Assembly (NCBI GenBank): GCA_030704615.1 | Contig: CM060731.1 | Span: 78,120,001 to 78,184,000 of the forward strand | Length of the DNA: 64,000 nucleotides | Origin: Takakia lepidozioides | Lineage: Eukaryota; Plantae; Bryophyta | Direction of reading: 5' to 3' | Shown here: positions 51,494-64,000 of the stretch, in pieces | Layout: every line of letters starts with the position of its first letter | Position numbering within the stretch: the first letter of the stretch is position 1 | The notes under the pieces: generated by a model | Told to the model about the DNA's origin: nothing | Database searches by the model: none | Seen by the model: only the letters and a program-made list of their open reading frames with translations | Translations under genes and position numbers: made by a program

Positions 51494-53662
51494 ATGGCTT
51501 CTAGCTTAAAGCGCAATAGTGAAGGTGGAGTCACCGAACAGGAGAACTTTTTGGTTGACCTTGAGAAAGAGGGTGAAATTGACGATGGAACAGCTCTCCG
51601 TCTGTGGATGCAAGAGATGGCAGAGACACAACGGAGATTGAATGAACTTGCCTTGCCTGCAGTCAGGCCTGATTGTTCAAGGGGCAATACTGCAAACACG
51701 TTTCGGTATGACGGTACACTAGAGCTTTGTGAGCAAGATTTGAGACAGGAACTGCGCCTACCTCCTCATCGCTACCGAAAACTGGAAGAAAACGTTGAAT
51801 TGATTCAGCCAGAATCACTAGATGAGACATGTCACCTTGTACACCCTAATGATGTTATAGCCGATAAGACTGATCGATTCTATGTACCAGACCTTCCACC
51901 TTTCTTCCAAAGATTGCATCAAATTGCTTCTCCAAGCCTTGAAAAACCTCCAAATACCTTTCTAACAGTTGATACACCTAAAGGGAAACGAGTTCTGGAC
52001 CCAACACTGTGGCCAAACCGTCCAGAACTTTATCCTAACCCGGATGCACCGCCGCCTACTTGGAGCACATGCGAAACATATGAGATTCCACGATATCTCC
52101 CTCGGCTCAAAGGTCTTGAGCTATCTGATGCCTGGGAAAGATTGAACGAGCCCAACAAACTCGTAAAGTGGTCTCCAAATGTCATGAAATCGAATACTTT
52201 GGACTGTTTTCCCACCCTCATCTACCAATCCAACAAAGAGTGTTGGATTGCTGCGTACACTGGGCAAGACAAAGAGGCACACCGAGATCCATGGACGGTT
52301 ATGTCATTAATGAGCTTCATTCCAGACGATGTGCATAGTATTATTGCAGGGGATAAAGGGTTTCTTTGTCTTGACGGTGGAGAGTATCTTTCTCTGCCAA
52401 AACAGCGAGGCTGGAGGAAAGAATGGCCATCCCAATCAATTACGGTGGTGTGCAATCCTTTCTTAAGGACTCTTCAACGGCTTCCTCCAATGGTCGATGA
52501 GGCACAAGAGTTCAAGAGGGGACGCATCGTGGTAGTGGACCCCACAGAGACTTGTCAAGGCTACTACATCCTGTATTTGGTGGGGGAGAGGTGCGAGCCA
52601 TATGCTGGAAGCCTTGTAACAGTCTATGATTCAAGGAAAGATAAATTTACTCATATAAGTCATACCCCTATACTCCCCTCTTCACGTGGAAGATCAAGTC
52701 TTGCACTAGTGCATGAACACCTCTATTGGGGAGGAATGAAAAATGCAGGTAACCGACCGAGACCAGGTAGCGTAAGTTCAAAGAGGTTTCAACCAGGAGA
52801 TGGACCGCTACAATATCAATCCGTGGTCATGTGTTGGGACATCGAGAAGGATATATATAGGACACTTGAGTTTGAAAAAACTCAAGAGAATGGTGATCTA
52901 GGCGACCCAAATAGTTATGAGCCCCCTCGGCTAGTGGATTGCAATGGTATTCTATATGTAGTGACCCGAAGAAGGTTATCCGATTTACACTTTCGGATAC
53001 GTCAGCCCACAGAGCCCGACAAGGTTATGTATCGACCCAAAGTCTTTAGACTCCAGCTCCTAGCGAGTCCGTTGCCATATCACTGCGTATCTTTGGCCCC
53101 TCACAATGTTCAAAATCATCTGTTTGGTCACAATGTCAGCAACGTTACTGAATGCGAATTCGAGTGTCGTGGAGGTAGCGGAATGATCTGTCTATTCTCC
53201 GTCAAAGCAAAAACAGCTGCATTGTACAATGCAACATTAAACGAGTGGAAATGTTTGGAAGACTGTCATAAGGGCTTACCCGGTTGCGCATATTATCTAA
53301 GTTTGGGTGATTGTGTATTGGCACCTAACTTCCAAGCAAACCCCCTGACCTCCGATCGAGGTCGAGCTAAGTATTCCCCATGGATGGTAAGCCCAGAATC
53401 AAACTCCACAAGCAGAGATCGAAGCCCTAGGCGATCTAGGCGACACTCGTACTCTGGTTCTGCAATCCCTCGTCCCTCCACCTCCAGGGCTAGGCGTTCC
53501 AGTGCCCAAATGCGCAACTACAACTACGAGGAGCCTGCATACTTTCCGATCCACCCAACATTCAAGAAACCCATTGCAGTCTCTGGCGTTGGTGATGATT
53601 ACACCCCTCCTTTCCCTCCCACACGTCCAGTGAAGGATTTAGATGAAGTCCCGAACTTCTGA
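51494..53662 (+). CDS. Intronless 722-aa protein with an F-box/kelch-type beta-propeller substrate-binding region; no recognisable F-box motif
   Basis: Long intact ORF with SFIPDDVHSIIAGDKGFLCL, VVCNPFLRTLQRLPPM, VYDSRKD, PRLVDCNGILYVV and LYNATLNEW, typical of plant F-box/kelch propellers, plus an S/R/P-rich tail. Confidence 0.7.
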   Translation: MASSLKRNSEGGVTEQENFLVDLEKEGEIDDGTALRLWMQEMAETQRRLNELALPAVRPDCSRGNTANTFRYDGTLELCEQDLRQELRLPPHRYRKLEENVELIQPESLDETCHLVHPNDVIADKTDRFYVPDLPPFFQRLHQIASPSLEKPPNTFLTVDTPKGKRVLDPTLWPNRPELYPNPDAPPPTWSTCETYEIPRYLPRLKGLELSDAWERLNEPNKLVKWSPNVMKSNTLDCFPTLIYQSNKECWIAAYTGQDKEAHRDPWTVMSLMSFIPDDVHSIIAGDKGFLCLDGGEYLSLPKQRGWRKEWPSQSITVVCNPFLRTLQRLPPMVDEAQEFKRGRIVVVDPTETCQGYYILYLVGERCEPYAGSLVTVYDSRKDKFTHISHTPILPSSRGRSSLALVHEHLYWGGMKNAGNRPRPGSVSSKRFQPGDGPLQYQSVVMCWDIEKDIYRTLEFEKTQENGDLGDPNSYEPPRLVDCNGILYVVTRRRLSDLHFRIRQPTEPDKVMYRPKVFRLQLLASPLPYHCVSLAPHNVQNHLFGHNVSNVTECEFECRGGSGMICLFSVKAKTAALYNATLNEWKCLEDCHKGLPGCAYYLSLGDCVLAPNFQANPLTSDRGRAKYSPWMVSPESNSTSRDRSPRRSRRHSYSGSAIPRPSTSRARRSSAQMRNYNYEEPAYFPIHPTFKKPIAVSGVGDDYTPPFPPTRPVKDLDEVPNF

Positions 53663-54347
53663 TTTTGAACCAAAGATTCCGTTACCGTTGACATAAACTC
53701 ATCTACTGTTGTTCGAAATTTGACAATCCATGGAACGAACATCAATTGAGCCTCACTGTTACCTGGCATCTAGGCCTTCTCCACGGATGATGGTTCAGGA
53801 TCGTCACATGTGGTAATCTACGGTCGATGGGAGGACTTAAATCCTCTCTCAGTCATCTCTCGACCTGCCGACCGGGGGAAGAGACGGGCTTGAAAACTCG
53901 GGTGTGGGCAACTTGACCCTTCCCGTTGCCCAGCGATTTTTGAATTTACAGTGGGCGCTGTTGTCCTGAAGTTCGCCTTTGGGATCTTTGCCTCTAATCA
54001 TCTCTCTCTCTGACGCTCTCTCTCCCACGTAGAGAATTTATCGACTTGTAGACTTTAAAATAATCGACAAAGCAATTTGCGCATACAACAAACTCATGTC
54101 AACTGGTGCCCAACAGTATAGAGACTGAAGGTGGAGTCTAACCTGGGACATCCACTGAGGAGCGGGCTGTCGAGTTCGGGCGTCCCCAGTTCGAAAGTAT
54201 AAGCAAGCATGATTGTAAATTTCATAGATCAGATAGAGGACTGCAGTAGTTGATTTGGTTGCACGGTCGGTAATGCGATAGGGCGTCCAGGAGTGGACAT
54301 ATTGAGGTCACATCATCACCAAGCAGCAGCCCCAGGAGTAGATCATA

Positions 54348-55841
54348 ATGTCTACACAGGAATCATGGGCCGTCCTGGAGAAGGGCATCGCGGATTTACC
54401 GTCTTACGTAGATAGTTACCCAAATGCCCAACTTCAGTATGTTGACATCTGTACACAAAAGGAGCCAGTACACAATTTGTCCGATGCCCTGTATAGGAAA
54501 CACGAGGAAACACATCGGGACCTATATACGACATATGAGGAAACATTTTCGAAGTATCTGACCCAGATAGTCTTGCCTTCAATTCAAGAAAAGCCTGATC
54601 ATATATTTTCGATGCTCATAGAGCTTGTGAAAAGATGGAATTACAACCTTCTCATGATCCAGTTTGTGCCGTCAATGGTCGCTCCTCTAGAGATGGATTT
54701 CGTCCCGCATGACTCGCTGCCAAAGCTCTCTGACGTGGGTATCTGGTGTTTTCATCGCCTGTTTTTTGAGAACGTACAAGCAGACGTGATAAGTGCACTA
54801 ATCACTTTGATAGAGCAGGAGCAGCCTGAAGGCGAGCAGATTGATCTTTCACTATTGAAGAATGTACTCAGCAGCTTTGTGGCCACGCCTCCAAATGTAC
54901 CGAACCTGTATGAGACATACTTTGAAACTATCGTTCCCAATCAGACTACTGGTTATTACTCTTACAAGGCCGCGTCTGCCTGGATATTCAAGACGTTGAG
55001 CGTAGCCTACGTGCTCATGACCAAAGAGTTCTTCACATTAGATCAGCTGGAAAGAGTCCATCTGCACTTGAACTTTACCAACTCCTCGAAGCTTGTGCAG
55101 ACAATACAAAACGCGTGGCTGAGCAATGAGTATCAGGACCACCTGCTTCTCTGCAAGGACTCTGGTTGCTCCGGTTTCTTGAGAGAAGAAAGCATGACAG
55201 ATCTGTCTCGGATGTATCGCTTGTTTCACGGGATTCCCAATGGCTTGCAGTCACTGGCTCGGATCTTCAAATCATATGTTACGCAGGAGGGAACTGCCCT
55301 AGTCAGGCAAGCTGAGGAAGTGGTTCAGAGAGAGGATGTAGCAGTCCTTGTGGAGGAGCACACATATATATGCAAGTTGCTGAAGCTCCATAGAAGGCTT
55401 TTCACATATGTTGAGGATTGTTTCCTGAATGATCCGCTCTTCCACAAAGCCTTGAAGGAAGCATTCGATGTGTTCTGCAACGAGAATGTTGCAGGAAGCA
55501 CTAGTGCAGAGCTCCTCGCTATGTACTGTGACAATCTGTTGAAAGGGGCCCGGTGCGGAAAGGACCTCACACACGAGCTCCAACCTGTGATGAGGGTTGT
55601 TGCCTCCATCAATGACAAATCTTTGTTTGGCGAGATTTGCAGGAAGAAGCTTGGTCGCAGGCTTTGGTTCGAAAGTGGCAGTTGCGATGCACTCCACGAA
55701 GATTATTTTCTCACAATGTTGGGGAGGCAGTTGGGTGCTCAGTTCACCTGGAAAATGGATCGAATGCTTGCAACATACAGAGAAATTCGGGAGAGGAGTC
55801 AGCTGTCACTCCCCCGGCAGTCTCTCCACCTCGGCCATTAA
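54348..55841 (+). CDS. Intronless, C-terminally truncated cullin-1-like protein (probable retrocopy); decayed cullin homology continues to ~56050
   Basis: ICTQK, MLIELVKRW, DLSRMYRLFHGIPNGL, FHKALKEAFDVFCNENVAGSTSAELLAMYCDNLLK and RKKLGRRL are CUL1 signatures. After the stop, VDVSITVL...WPS, LPAEL and HSVGTC appear with stops and frameshifts. Confidence 0.85.
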   Translation: MSTQESWAVLEKGIADLPSYVDSYPNAQLQYVDICTQKEPVHNLSDALYRKHEETHRDLYTTYEETFSKYLTQIVLPSIQEKPDHIFSMLIELVKRWNYNLLMIQFVPSMVAPLEMDFVPHDSLPKLSDVGIWCFHRLFFENVQADVISALITLIEQEQPEGEQIDLSLLKNVLSSFVATPPNVPNLYETYFETIVPNQTTGYYSYKAASAWIFKTLSVAYVLMTKEFFTLDQLERVHLHLNFTNSSKLVQTIQNAWLSNEYQDHLLLCKDSGCSGFLREESMTDLSRMYRLFHGIPNGLQSLARIFKSYVTQEGTALVRQAEEVVQREDVAVLVEEHTYICKLLKLHRRLFTYVEDCFLNDPLFHKALKEAFDVFCNENVAGSTSAELLAMYCDNLLKGARCGKDLTHELQPVMRVVASINDKSLFGEICRKKLGRRLWFESGSCDALHEDYFLTMLGRQLGAQFTWKMDRMLATYREIRERSQLSLPRQSLHLGH

Positions 55842-56558
55842 AGGGTGAAGAGCCCCTTCTGGGAAGTGGATGTTTCTATAACGGTTCTGAGCCCCAGTGG
55901 GTTGTGGCCGAGCTGTAATTATGAATACTCACATGGTTTTGCCTGCTGAGCTGGAGCATAGTGTGAACAAGTTCACAAGCTTCCACAAGTCTCGATAACA
56001 AACCAGCATCCTGAAACATTGCTGCGGATGCATTCAGTGGGAACGTGTACGAGAGTGAGACAAGACGAGGCCAAGCCTAACCTGCTCAGATATGTAGATA
56101 TAGAGCTTAATTACTGCAGATCAGAAAGAGGCTACTGAGACTGAGATCAATGTACACACTGTTAGGAAAAGTTACATGCAGCAGTTTGAACAGGAGTATA
56201 CAAAGTACCAAAACAGTTGAGAGTAGAAAGTTGTTCTTCCTTGTTCAAGCACTCAGACTAGAAGCCTTTATTATTAGATTTGGCCACTGCAAATCTTCTT
56301 CAACATGTTGGGTACTCATAAAAAACTGATTTCCACAAACCATTCAGCACTGACCTACCTGCACCACTGAATGCTGCATAAACTGTTTGAAAGCCATTTG
56401 GCTCTCCTGATCAGTCCCCATGACAACATCTTCACCAAAGTAGGGCCCCATCAATTAATTGAAATGGGCTCTACTGGCATGTTCTCAAGTTTGGCAGCAT
56501 AAGATGGGCTAGCAGGGATACTCTACTGGAAAGTGGGGAAAGGTATCAACAAAGACTA

Positions 56559-59500
56559 CTAAATTTTCAGAGTTGGAGGAATCCAAATATAACCGTGAGT
56601 TCGCACATAGCCTGCACGCTCTCGGCAATCGTCAGACTCTTTAGGTCCTCGACTCCCTTGCTTGTAAAGAATCGGCTTCAGCTCTCCCGCATCGATGCGA
56701 TGCAGTAATGGTGTAAAAATCTCCCATGCCACCTGGGCACAGGGTGAACACAACATAAGCCTCACTCTTCATTCCAGCAACTTGCCATGTTACCTGTATA
56801 TCTGTAACTTCCCCACTCTTTTCCATGACCTAACCTTCTTTTCAAGCACTGGAACCAAGTATGGGATCATGAATTTTACCTGCAACTCATCCCGGCGTAC
56901 GAAGTGCTGTTGATCTCCACGGATCCTAGATACAACATCAACACCCACAACCTCTATGAGACCACAAAAATCCCAAGAAAATGTCTCAACATCGTTGAAT
57001 AATAAGGTGCCAAGCAGAGAAAAGAGAGCCAGATAAAAGACAGGAACATTCATAACATCCACAGGAAGCGTGAGAAAAAGAAAGAAAGAAACTTATGACC
57101 ACAACGGTGGCCCTGAGCCCATAAGACAAAGGAGAACAACAAGAAACCAGAAAAAGAAATAGAGCAAGAAAATTTATTACGTCCCAGAGTGCCCAGAGAG
57201 AGAGAGAACAATTTTGTCCTGCATCAACAAGAACTATCTCTCACAAGAAAAGGTGAGGAAAGGTACGTGTCCAGGAGGAGGCGCTCATAAGCTTCAGGGA
57301 TGACAATATCTTGATAGCGTTGCATGTATGAAAGATCCAGCTCACTTTGTGTAGCCTTCATATCCAAACCTGGCTGCTTCACCTGCCGCCCAATAAAATA
57401 ACATTTTTTTTTGAAGTCTATAGCTTATAGATGCTAACCTGCACATGGTCACAATGCATATGTACGGAAAAAAGGTTGACGCCTGCAGAATCGAGCATAC
57501 ATTATGGTGTCTCTTCACCCTGAAGGGTTACTGCCTTCCGTTGCGAAGGTGGACACCTTCACCTAAGTACAATAAGGTGCGTTGGGTAACGTAGATGTAT
57601 CAAAATCACATGTGCAAGCAGACAGTAGTTATCTGAGAGTAACAATATCATCCACAGGAGGTATGACACACCAGGACACAAATCATGGCAGGGGAGGATG
57701 CAAGTCAGAGGAGATCCACATACCGTGAGCTTCATGTACATGGCCTCTGAAGGCTGGAGTCTCATCACAAATTCATTTCGCCCCTGCTTCTTGCCTGTAC
57801 CCATTACACATCATTCTATTAGGTAAACTGCATACTGATATACTTCACAATCACATTCGACAAGATAAGCAGGATTGAGATAAATTTCTCAGTCCATTTG
57901 CTTACACTTAAAAATGTCACCAGGAGCGTCTTTAAACTGCACCCGAATCTCTGCCTTCCGATCGTCTAAGGCTTTTCCAGCTCTCATGATGAAAGGAACA
58001 CCTGCACCTCATGCGACCAGTTCAGTTTGTTTAGGGCAGAGAACCAACCATTTCTGCTGAGTTGATGAAAACCTAGGAGAACCTACTAAACTCAAGCTAC
58101 ATACCATCCCATCGTTCATTGTTGATGCGCAGAATCACTGTAGCAAAAGTGGGGGTTATCGAGTCCTTGGGAACAGTAGGGTCATCCTTGTAGCCTTCAT
58201 ATTGCCCAAGCACCACATCCTCATCCCTGATGGGCTCCACTGACTGCAGCACCTGATCATCATAGGCACAAAAACCCTTCAATACTTGTAGTCCATACAG
58301 CAAAGCTGAAAAGAATCCACAGCTCCAAACAAGCCCCCCTTAAATACCATGTAAGTCCGCCAAACCATCAGTGTCGAGCATGGGACCCCAAAGGACCTAT
58401 GGGACACAGCAGAACCAATGACACCAAAAAATGAATCAACCCTCAACCGTTGCATGAAGACAGAGTGCCTCACAGCTGATTCAAGTCTTAAGCTAGACAC
58501 ACGGGATTGCTAAAGAGAGAGAGCGCGTGTGATGATGTTCAACTCAAACCAACTCAAAAAGGCAACTTTGAACACACGAGAAGGGAAACACACCTTCACT
58601 TTCTCATCACGAATGTGCTCTGGGCTAAGTGACACTGGCTTCTCCATCGCCACCAAACATAGGACCTACGATCCAACAAGGGGATAAATTTTTCAGCTTT
58701 TAACAGTAAACAACAAGGTTAGCTGTCTGAAGTTGATAATTTACAAAATCAACTCTAAGCCTCCCCCAAATGAAAAAGAAGGAGGCTCATAATGACAAAG
58801 AACTCCTCCCTTTTACACAAGCGGGCCCCACTTTCAAAACCTAAGAATGAATCCCAATTGACCGTGGGCACAAATCCTGTACAACTACATGATAACATTG
58901 CTGAGCAACAAGTCCTACAACAAGAAATGTTCCTTGTCATCAGTTGCTTGACAGATACCTGGAGGAGGTGGTTCTGAATGATATCTCGAATTATCCTGCA
59001 ATGACCAATGAAAAGTCACCTCAGAAAGTCATCTTAACACCATTCTCAACCTCTAACAAGACAACATGCAGCAACCTGAGGGAGGGCACCTTTGCAGTCA
59101 CCCCCTGAGTCCAGAAACCTTCAACTAAACCAACCCCTAGAAGAGTACAATGGAAATCCACATCTACTGTTGAAGCATGTTGAGACAAAAGTCCAGAAGT
59201 CTTGAACAAATATTCTGCTAGACATGATGTCCCCAACAGCTCAAAGTGAGGGATAAGCAACACAACTAAGACAGAAGTACCCGTATTCATCGAAGTATCC
59301 ACCTCTTCCTTCTGTCCCAAAGTCCTCCTTGAACACTATCTATGTGTGCCAGAAAACCATCACAAAACCCAATATAGAAGTCAACTTTTCCTGCAATGAA
59401 CAAATACCCAGAGAGAGACTGCATTGTGCATGTGGAGAAATTTGAAATAAGTGTACCGATCCTATGAGAAATGGAGCAATCTGTGAGACAATCTTTTTGT

Positions 59501-62177
59501 GGCTGTCCCATCTGTTATTCTCTACACATCCCCTTCTTTCATTGTGCTACTGTGCAAGCTGTACCTCCCATATGTACCTAAACTTCCATGCTCTTTAATC
59601 TTTAGTAATAAAGCCAAAAAATTTATGCATACCTGGACGTTGGCAATGTTGTCCCGGTTCCAAAGTGGCACAAAGAAACGGTTGGCAAACCTCATGACTA
59701 GCTGCATTCATATACCCGCACAAAGGAGGTCTCCCTTAGATCACATTAGACGGATCATGCTGATGCTTTACCAAAACGGCAAAAGGTAAAAAGCAAAGAC
59801 TGCAAAGCCGCAATCAACAGGTGCACATAAACTTACATATATTTGGAGTTGCATACTTAGCTGAAAATAGTCAGACAAGTAGGAACTGGCCTGAGTTACA
59901 GCAATGCAATGCTGGCAGGTCCTCACCCCTTCAATATAGAATTTCAGATTTCCTAGAACCAGGATCCATATACTACGGATGTATATGCCAACATCAACTC
60001 AGTGGAAGCTGTACCAGGTTTTGGACAATCTCTTTGCCAAGGTAGTGATCGATTCGATAAAGCTGTTCTTCTGTAAATAACTCTCCCAACTCAGTACTTA
60101 ATCGTTCAGCTGATGCCAGGTCCTTCCCGAATGGTTTCTCGACAATAACTCGTGACCAACCTCCTGTCACACAAATGAATACAAACTGGAAATAATCAAT
60201 TTCATAGACATTGGGCTCAGCAAAGCTCTATTTGCCGTATCAATATTCCCACTGCCTTACTGTGAACCTGTAAGGGATGATGTTGTCAAGTCCAAGAGAG
60301 AGAGGAGAGAGGCAACTCACTTGTATTCATGCAAAATTTTCGTATCATTCTGCTCACAAGAGGGTACACTGACGGCGGCAGAGCAAGGTAAAAGAGCCTG
60401 CGGGTGGGGCCATCCTTCCCACAATGTGATTCTTCATGACTGGAAATACTTTCATTCAACTTGATATAACCCTCGTCCTCATCGTATGCCCCAGATATAT
60501 ATGTGACCTTCCATCCACAAGGGCAAGTGAGCATACTTAAGTCTCTTCACGATTCTCACTGGAACAACTGTAATCCACAGACAACAACTCTTGTAGTCAT
60601 AATTAACTATCCTTGAACAAATAAGCGGTCTTTGATGTGTCAATCACTTGTTACCAGCGCTTGCAATAAGATGAGCCAGAGCCGTTCGGTGGAAGACTAT
60701 GGATCTGTCTGTTTCAAGGGGGCCTATTGATGAGTCACCCAGCTTCAGCAAGTTTGTACAGTCTGGGCCCAAAATGATGCTACATAATTTGCGCATACCC
60801 TAAGTTGTAAGCATTTACCATGCAAGAAGTTGCATTCACTATGATTACACAAATTTTCATAATGCTAGTTCTGTCTGCTCACCAGATCCAGGAACTCGTT
60901 GACGACAACCGTAGGATCCTTTGTGAGATTTGTTTTAGATGTTTTCAAGTACCTGGACCCCACCACAAAGAGGAGTAACACAGGCCCTTAAACCGAAAAC
61001 AATGCTCATTCTAGAGCTTCAAACCTACTTCATCTTACCAGCCTATGGTCAGCCTTCCTCTGCCTAACTGAAGTTCCATATCTTGTGGACTGATTTTGTT
61101 GCTCTCCTTTCCCATGGACCCTTGTGGCCTCCTGCTGACATAATAATATATCTTCTCTCTTCTTTCTGAATTGGACATGTGTTACTGACTGTTGGAAGCA
61201 TAATTTCACAATCAGAACTTTAATCCTGTATGGCAAACAATGTCTTATGGGTCCATTTTAATCCTGTGCGTGTCCTGTCTCTGTGTCTAACTCTGCGCAT
61301 CTGTCCCTGTCTTTTGACCAACCCCTTCTGTGGAATCATGACAAGAAGCATTGAAGCTAGCATGCATTGTGATGCACACATACCTGTTACACAATGAGGG
61401 AATAATCTCTACAACATCCAACATACAATTTAGGCATAACTAACATTTCTGCAACAGCCAGAAAACTTACCCGCGTAGACGGTCATGGAGGTCATGGTCT
61501 GAAATTTTTGACCGTGCATACCCAAATATTTGAAGTTGTTTTGTTGGCAAAAACCCCTGCAATTCAACAATACAACCTTCAACATTCATTCTTATTCTCT
61601 TGGCATTGCAGATCTGAGCCACCCTCTAGAAGCTGAGAATGATCCCACGGATTCTCTCCGGGAGGTTGGAATTGCAAGGTAATGCTGTATTTCTGCAATG
61701 TATTTAAAACTGTCCACTACTGAAAACTGAGGCTACAAAGCACAAACTCAGTAGGGAAAGGAATGAAATTGTAGTAATTATGCAGGAAACAAAGGAGAAA
61801 AGGATGAAAGAAAGAAACTTGAGAGCTCTCTACGTTTTCCCAGAAAGGTGCTGATGACTTATCTTACACCTTCCAACATACTTTACCAAACTTCACACTT
61901 TCCTATGATTGACGGATGAATTAATGTCAAAGAAACCAGTGGTAATTGGAGGGAAAAATCACAGCAGAAGAGAAACCTGCTTGAAAAGATTGAATAATGC
62001 TGGAAAGGTCTTCTTTTTGGCAAGATCCCCAGAAGCACCTAGAACAACCACAGACAGGCAACCGCCTGCGACGGTTTTTGATTGCACAGGTTCATCTGCC
62101 TTGAGATTTTCACAATCCAATGCAGGGGCAACTTCCTGGCCTGCTGGGATAACTGTATCAGCCGTGGGAGGACTCAT
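56559..62177 (-). CDS. G6PD: Cytosolic glucose-6-phosphate dehydrogenase (15 coding exons, from 62177-61977 to 56732-56559)
   Basis: [77 protein letters not shown] and GYIWIPPTL. No transit peptide. 5' UTR introns lie upstream (~62.2-63.3 kb). Confidence 0.96.
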
Positions 62178-64000
62178 TGCTACCAATTGACACCCTGAAA
62201 ATAATAAGTACTTGCAACAAGATAACTCAGCTTTTTCTTCGCCGGTGTAGCTTCGCCAGAATTGTCCAACTGTGAGGTCAACCATAATACAAATTAGAAT
62301 ATAACTTGGCAAACACAGAAGCCAGAGGAGAATTGGAGGAGCTGTTGGTTACAAGAGAGCTTGAGGCGCTGTGCTGGAAATTAACGACCTCCTTTCCAGT
62401 ATGATGTCAAAGCAAGAGCATCAATGAACGCTCAATTCCGCCTAACGTGGATATCGCTGGCTGTGAGCTGGAGCTACGGTAATTTCGATGTATCTTCTGG
62501 GATAATTTGCTACGGGAAGGTTAGCGTCTACACTTTCCAAAGATACTGACGCGATGCCAGACTTTCAATCAAAATAGGTCCAGCTAAAAATAAGAACACA
62601 GTCATGAATCTCAGTAAAACGGGACAGGCACTGAGATATGACCATGACGAAGGTCACAAACAGTCACATATGCATATAAGCCACATCCTCCGACTCATTA
62701 TCGAGCACTATTGCAAAGCTGCTCATGAGAGAAATAGGAGAGAGCAACAATATCTCACCTTATGCTGGAACAAGAAGATCACAGAGAATTCCTTCAAAAA
62801 TCAGTTGGTGGAATGCTCCCCGAAGAGAAATGAAATGAAATGATGCTCTATAACGTCCGCGGGAAGCTCATAGAGAGAGAGACAAAAACTTATGACGAAA
62901 GTGAGACACACGGCGACGACTAATTAGAGAATAAATAAGGAGTACAAAAATCCAGTTAAAATACCCTGATCGTATAGCTCATCGACGGGGAAGAATATGA
63001 ACTTGAATTACACAGTACGAAACAGACGCGGAGACAGTGACCAGACAAAGACAGTCTGTACACAGAACTAGAATCGCAGGAGGTTCATGCGAATTCACCT
63101 GCAACTTCGCCACACTACAAGAATCTGGCTAGAGAAAGAAAGAAGACATTATCATTCACAGAGAAGATGAAGCAAAATCGAGGGAGAAGGGATAGCGGAG
63201 AGCCAAGATATAGAGCACAGCAGAGATGATGCACCTGTACACCATAGCTCGCTCCCACACACCTGTCGAGTCTGCCCGCCTTGCTTACCTTGTCTTCTCT
63301 TTTTCTTTATCTTTTTTTAAAAACAAATCTTTTTGTTTTAATAAAGAAAAGGAAACCTGGGAGCGAATGAAAATCTTATTCTCATTATTATTATTATTAT
63401 TACTCTATTGTGTCCGTAAATTGGAAACACCGTTGACCGTACTACCGTAGATAAGTTTATTTATTTATAATTAATCTTATAGATATATTTTTCTCATTTT
63501 TATATTATTGTAGGTCTCTGCGAGTACTTCTCATTTTCAAGGATTATTATTTGATCTTTAGTCACCAGTATTTATATATTTATTATTTAAAAATAAAGGT
63601 ATGTTTTACTTATTTATTTATTATTATTATTATTTTTGATACTGATAGCCCTTGATAATAGTTTGGTGAGCTTGCTCTCGCGCTGGCAGCGCGGTAGCCT
63701 TAGGGTTTGCCCGGGGGTCTTCATTTTGTTCCTCCTAATAATCCCAACTAAAGTTTTCAGCCTGGGCACCGCTCACCTTTCATTCCTTAACAAACAAATG
63801 AAACAAATAGGTACGTAATTGACCCCAGCAATGTTTTTTATAGATAATTAAAGGCCATAACAACAAAAATTTGGGAAGCAGCCCGGCCTCCTTCCTCTTG
63901 CTGGTTGACCTTCCAACGGATGGCAAATGGACGAATGGATAAAGATAGAGCAATGAATGAATGTAAATGTTGTGGGAATGGATGATGAGAATGAATGTAA

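Overview
Eukaryotic nuclear DNA from a land plant, probably a non-seed plant such as a bryophyte, lycophyte or fern (lineage is inference). Two gene-rich flanks surround a ~21-kb island of nested transposon debris (~24.8-46.8 kb). Left flank: FMP32/CCDC90-like DUF1640 gene, CRR6, an APC amino-acid permease, an orphan coiled-coil ORF, and a 13-exon bacterial-type beta-lactamase-fold serine hydrolase with a C-terminal hydrophobic tail. Island: a SINE-like element, a LOG pseudogene fragment, Ty3/gypsy fragments broken by a hAT MITE, a Harbinger-like MITE and a solo LTR, and a decayed Mutator-like (GCM-DDE-SWIM) transposase. The transposase is paired head-to-head with an accessory gene whose second intron holds 13 copies of a 24-bp palindrome in a ~300-bp higher-order repeat. 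Right flank: uroporphyrinogen decarboxylase (HEME2-type), an intronless F-box/kelch-type propeller ORF, an intronless truncated cullin-1 copy and cytosolic G6PD. The most notable items are the MULE accessory gene with its palindrome array, the peptidoglycan-amidase-like hydrolase, and the adjacent pair of defective SCF components. All family calls come from recalled motifs, not database searches.
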